From Octopus sinensis (Eukaryota), in NCBI RefSeq assembly GCF_006345805.1, contig NW_021834235.1, positions 7,027 through 71,026 of the forward strand: DNA of 64,000 nt, in the 5' to 3' direction. The notes under the pieces are model-generated. The model worked only from the letters and a program-made list of their open reading frames with translations. It was not told the origin of the DNA and searched no databases. Made by a program: the position numbers and the translations under genes. Below, one piece after another: positions 60,479-64,000 of the stretch (positions are counted from its first letter, which is position 1; each line of letters begins with the position of its first letter).

Positions 60479-61723
60479 ATAACTTTAGCATGGCCTTTCT
60501 CGTATGTATAACTACAGGTTAAAACAAGGTACTGAAAATTATTCACCCCGCATGACAAGGTGTGCATTATGGTCCTCCAACTAGGGGGCGGTAAATGATT
60601 TATCCAGGAATACAAATCTGTGTAACACCTCTAATCTAAGTTTGTACGATAAATCTGCTCCTTCGGGTCGGAGCTGATCTGTCACTATACAACCACAAAC
60701 ATGACTACTCTCATTATATCACTCACTGTCTCTCGCTCGCTCCTCTCTTCCTCTCCCTTTTGCTCCTTTCTCTCTTGCTACTCTCTGTCTCTCTCTTCTC
60801 TGTCTCTATCACGCCTACACACACACACACACACACACACACATTCACACACACACACAAATCCTTTCTCTCTCCATTTTAATCTCCCTAACGCTATCTT
60901 CACTATATGTGAAATCCTTTTATATGCTTCTGTAAACTTACATTCCTTAAGTTATAAGCTAAAGACATCCCCAGTTATCTTAAGCTCTTTATCACATGTA
61001 GCCTGCCAAACACACACACACACACCTAACACACACTCACACACACACACTCACTGTATTCGCGTACATTTAGCTACTACTTCCCTGCTATTTTGTTCCA
61101 AATTTATTTCAATAAATTACACTTAGAAAATCATTCAAGGATTTTCTGAAACAAAACTTAATCTAAAAATAATACAAAAAAAAAAAGAACTTCATTGATA
61201 AAAACTAAGCACGGTAGAGTTAACCCGTCAGCCAACTTAAAACCGTCACCCGAGGCTCCAGCAAATAACAGCCCAACTTCCTTTACTATCGGTTTCAACC
61301 TGTTTTCCTCCCTAACTAAAAGAGCACGAAGGAAAGCATTCCGAATAGACTTGAAGAGTGTGCGGTATAAAATTAGCTTAGCGTATTATATTTTCTCCCC
61401 CTCCCTCCCTCTCCCTCTCTCTCTCTTATTTTTGTCTCGTGGTAATAACTGCTGACGGAATAAACGTAACGGTACATTTAATTAGCAGGTGCTGAGTTTT
61501 ATGATAAGATAAAGTGTAACAGGGTTTGTCAAACCTGGTTTTATTGGACACATAAATATGTATCACTGCATGCATACATACATAAATACACACGCGCACA
61601 CATGCATATTACACACACGTACACAGTTGTGTGTGTGTGTGTAGATATGCATGTATCATACATGCATTTATATATATATTTGATTTCGATGTATTTCTCC
61701 ATTTTCTTATCTTTGTTATATAT

Positions 61724-61769
<46 letters not shown>

Positions 61770-61998
61770 ATATATTATATATATATACATATATTCATAT
61801 ACATATACATATTATTATATGAATATACATGTACAAATATATGTATATGTATAATACATACATACACGCCCACAGCGGGGCACTCACGCACGAGCAAACG
61901 CGCGCGTACAGACACAAACGCAAACGCATAAATCTGTCAATAAAAACTATGTTGATAAGATAACGCAAATAGTTTGCCAAACCTAGATTTTATTGAAC

Positions 61999-62040
<42 letters not shown>

Positions 62041-62063
62041 TAATATATATATATATACCATAT

Positions 62064-62274
62064 ATGTGACCGCATGTGAATTGTTGGCGATTTTCTTTCT
62101 CCGTCTTCCCCTCTTTGGAATTTTTCTATATTTCTGACGAAGAGCTCCGCTCGAAACGTGAAATCTTCCTCCTTTTCTTTCCTTTCTTGAGCGTCCAATA
62201 ACATTGTACTTATTCCACGTCCTCGCGTTGTTGTTTTTTGTTGTTTTTTCTTGCTTGTTCATGTTTGGATTTAC
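62064..62274 (+). mobile_element. Third, diverged copy of the 205-bp hammerhead-like repeat (motif 62130-62164)
   Basis: ATTT-CTGACGA-A-GAGC-TCC-GCTC-GAA-ACGT-G-AAAT. Confidence 0.75.
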
Positions 62275-62283
62275 TATATATAT

Positions 62284-63007
62284 AATCAAAATAAGCAACA
62301 AGGATATCTAGAGGTAATGCAGTGCGATCGTTACACGCAACTCCATTTAATGGAACAATGAAACCATTACATCAGTTTAAATGCAGAGCAATCCTCAGCT
62401 GCACAATACATATATAATTATATATATATATATAATCAAAATAAGCAACAGTATATCAAGTTGTTATGCAGTACGACCGTTTCAAGCGGCTCCATTTAAT
62501 TGAGCAATGCAATCATTACTTCAATTTAAATGCAGTGCCATCATCAAATAAATGTCTTCTTTCCTCCCTGAGGAAAAGGCATACATATGAGAATTTTTAT
62601 GACCATACCCAGCCATTAGATGTCAACTCACTCTTGCCCTTTATTCTAAACAGACACCGTCCTCTAGTCTTAGATGTAGTAGTTGATAAAGAGATAAATG
62701 AATTAGAAATTAACTACAATCCTTTACAATACTATGACCCCAATGGGCTTCATGGGGTTCTTGGAAGTGTAGTCTATTCTTAGCTACAATAGCGACAACA
62801 TGAATTTCTACCATCTTCTTGATCTGTTAAAGTATTTAAGAAAAATTACATTGCGTCCAACTGGTTAAAATTCTATTTATTTATTTGTACAACTGACGAT
62901 AGCCCTTCATTTAAATTGATGCAATGATTGCATTGTTCAATTAAATGAAACCGCTTGAAACGGTCATACTGCATCAGTACTTGATATCCTGTTGCTTATT
63001 TTGATTT
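62284..63007. mobile_element. Three copies of a about 120-bp hammerhead-like repeat: 62284-62405 (-), 62433-62552 (-) and 62880-63007 (+)
   Basis: Shared taatcaaaataagcaaca terminus. Cores CTGAGGA / TTGATGA / CTGACGA, stem III AC-GRTC-GT, stem I TGCAG/CTGCA. Confidence 0.7.
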
Positions 63008-63164
63008 TATTCACCTTACTTCGAGCTGTGCGGATGATACCAGACTGACTTAAGTTGGTGCTTCAACTTAAGTACCTAATTCAACTGAACCTCAATTATT
63101 TCTTACACGTATATACATACATACACACACACACACACCACACACACACACACAACACACATAT

Positions 63165-63202
<38 letters not shown>

Positions 63203-63616
63203 GTCAGTATACTGACGAGAGGTTAGTCAGTACTTTTCAGTAGATTAGCAAAGATTCATATCAACTGTTACAAAAGTTGGCAAGCGATTTCGAAAATTCG
63301 GCTCACTTTCCAATACTCTCTGATGGGCAAGGCGAAACTTTATGTGGCTGTCAACTTTTACCATGGAAATGTTTATGTGAAGATATATATATATATATAC
63401 GCATATATATATTTTAAATCTGTATATATTATATATATTATATATATATAATATATATATAATAATATATATAGATATATATATATATAATATATCTTTT
63501 TATGCCTATTTCAGTCAATAGGACAGGGGTATATTGGAGTACAGAAGGTTTTAGTAGACCAAATTGTAGTGATTGTGATGGTCATGATGATGACGAAGAC
63601 AGCGACGGCGAAGACA

Positions 63617-63735
63617 AAGAAGAAGAAGAAGAAGAAGAAGAAGAAGAAGAAGAAGAAGAAGAAGAAGAAGAAGAAGAAGAAGAAGAAGAAGAGAAGAAGA
63701 AGAAGGAGAAGAAGAAGAAGAAGAAGAAGAAGAAT
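63617..63735. repeat. (GAA)n microsatellite
   Basis: Direct inspection. Confidence 0.95.
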
Positions 63736-64000
63736 GAATGAATTTTCTTCACTTAAGATGCTCATTGGGATTTAAGAAAGGTCAAGGAATCTGACCTGAC
63801 AACTGCGTTAGTTAATCTGCCGAATAAGTTATGGAATATCTGCGTTCTCCATAAACCCGTTGGACAGCAGCCAAGGGTTTGCAAACGAGTGCACAGTGAG
63901 GATGGAACAAACGTCCGCGAACCTGTAACCGAAACCCCTAAACCCCCACCCCCCGTAACACTATAGCTGATGCAAGAGAATTAGCATATTGTTGCTGCAG

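Noticed and set aside
62466-62783. 105-aa ORF between the inverted hammerhead repeats
   Set aside because: It starts inside the repeat and shows no RT or GIY-YIG motif that I can recognise.
63320-63346. CTGATGG-GC-AAG-GC-GAAAC
   Set aside because: A9G, a 2-bp stem II and G at position 17; compatible with chance.

Overview
AT-rich, microsatellite-saturated eukaryotic non-coding DNA, most likely intronic or intergenic. It is probably from an octopus or related cephalopod; this is inferred from the SINE repertoire as I remember it, not from a database search. I find no host protein-coding gene, rRNA, true tRNA gene or CRISPR array, and nearly all ORFs in the supplied track are artefacts of simple repeats or SINEs. 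The window is a mosaic of four tRNA-derived SINE families (my labels A-D, about 45 copies or fragments), three Helitron-type non-autonomous elements, and piggyBac-, hAT- and other MITE-like elements. It also holds two decayed mariner transposons and LINE coding remnants: three R4/Dong-type endonuclease fragments embedded in (AAT)n, one CR1/L2-like and one L1/Tx1-like C-terminus. The most notable signal is about 14 minimal type-I hammerhead-ribozyme-like motifs of about 8 sequence types. They share a CUGANGA...GAAA core and palindromic stem III, show compensatory stem changes between families, and lie in short repeats that often sit in (TA)n and in inverted pairs. This resembles Penelope-like-element or retrozyme termini; self-cleavage is untested. 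Second is a SINE family with a precisely conserved 184-bp internal unit present in 1-3 copies. All coordinates were counted by hand, and element edges may be off by several bases.
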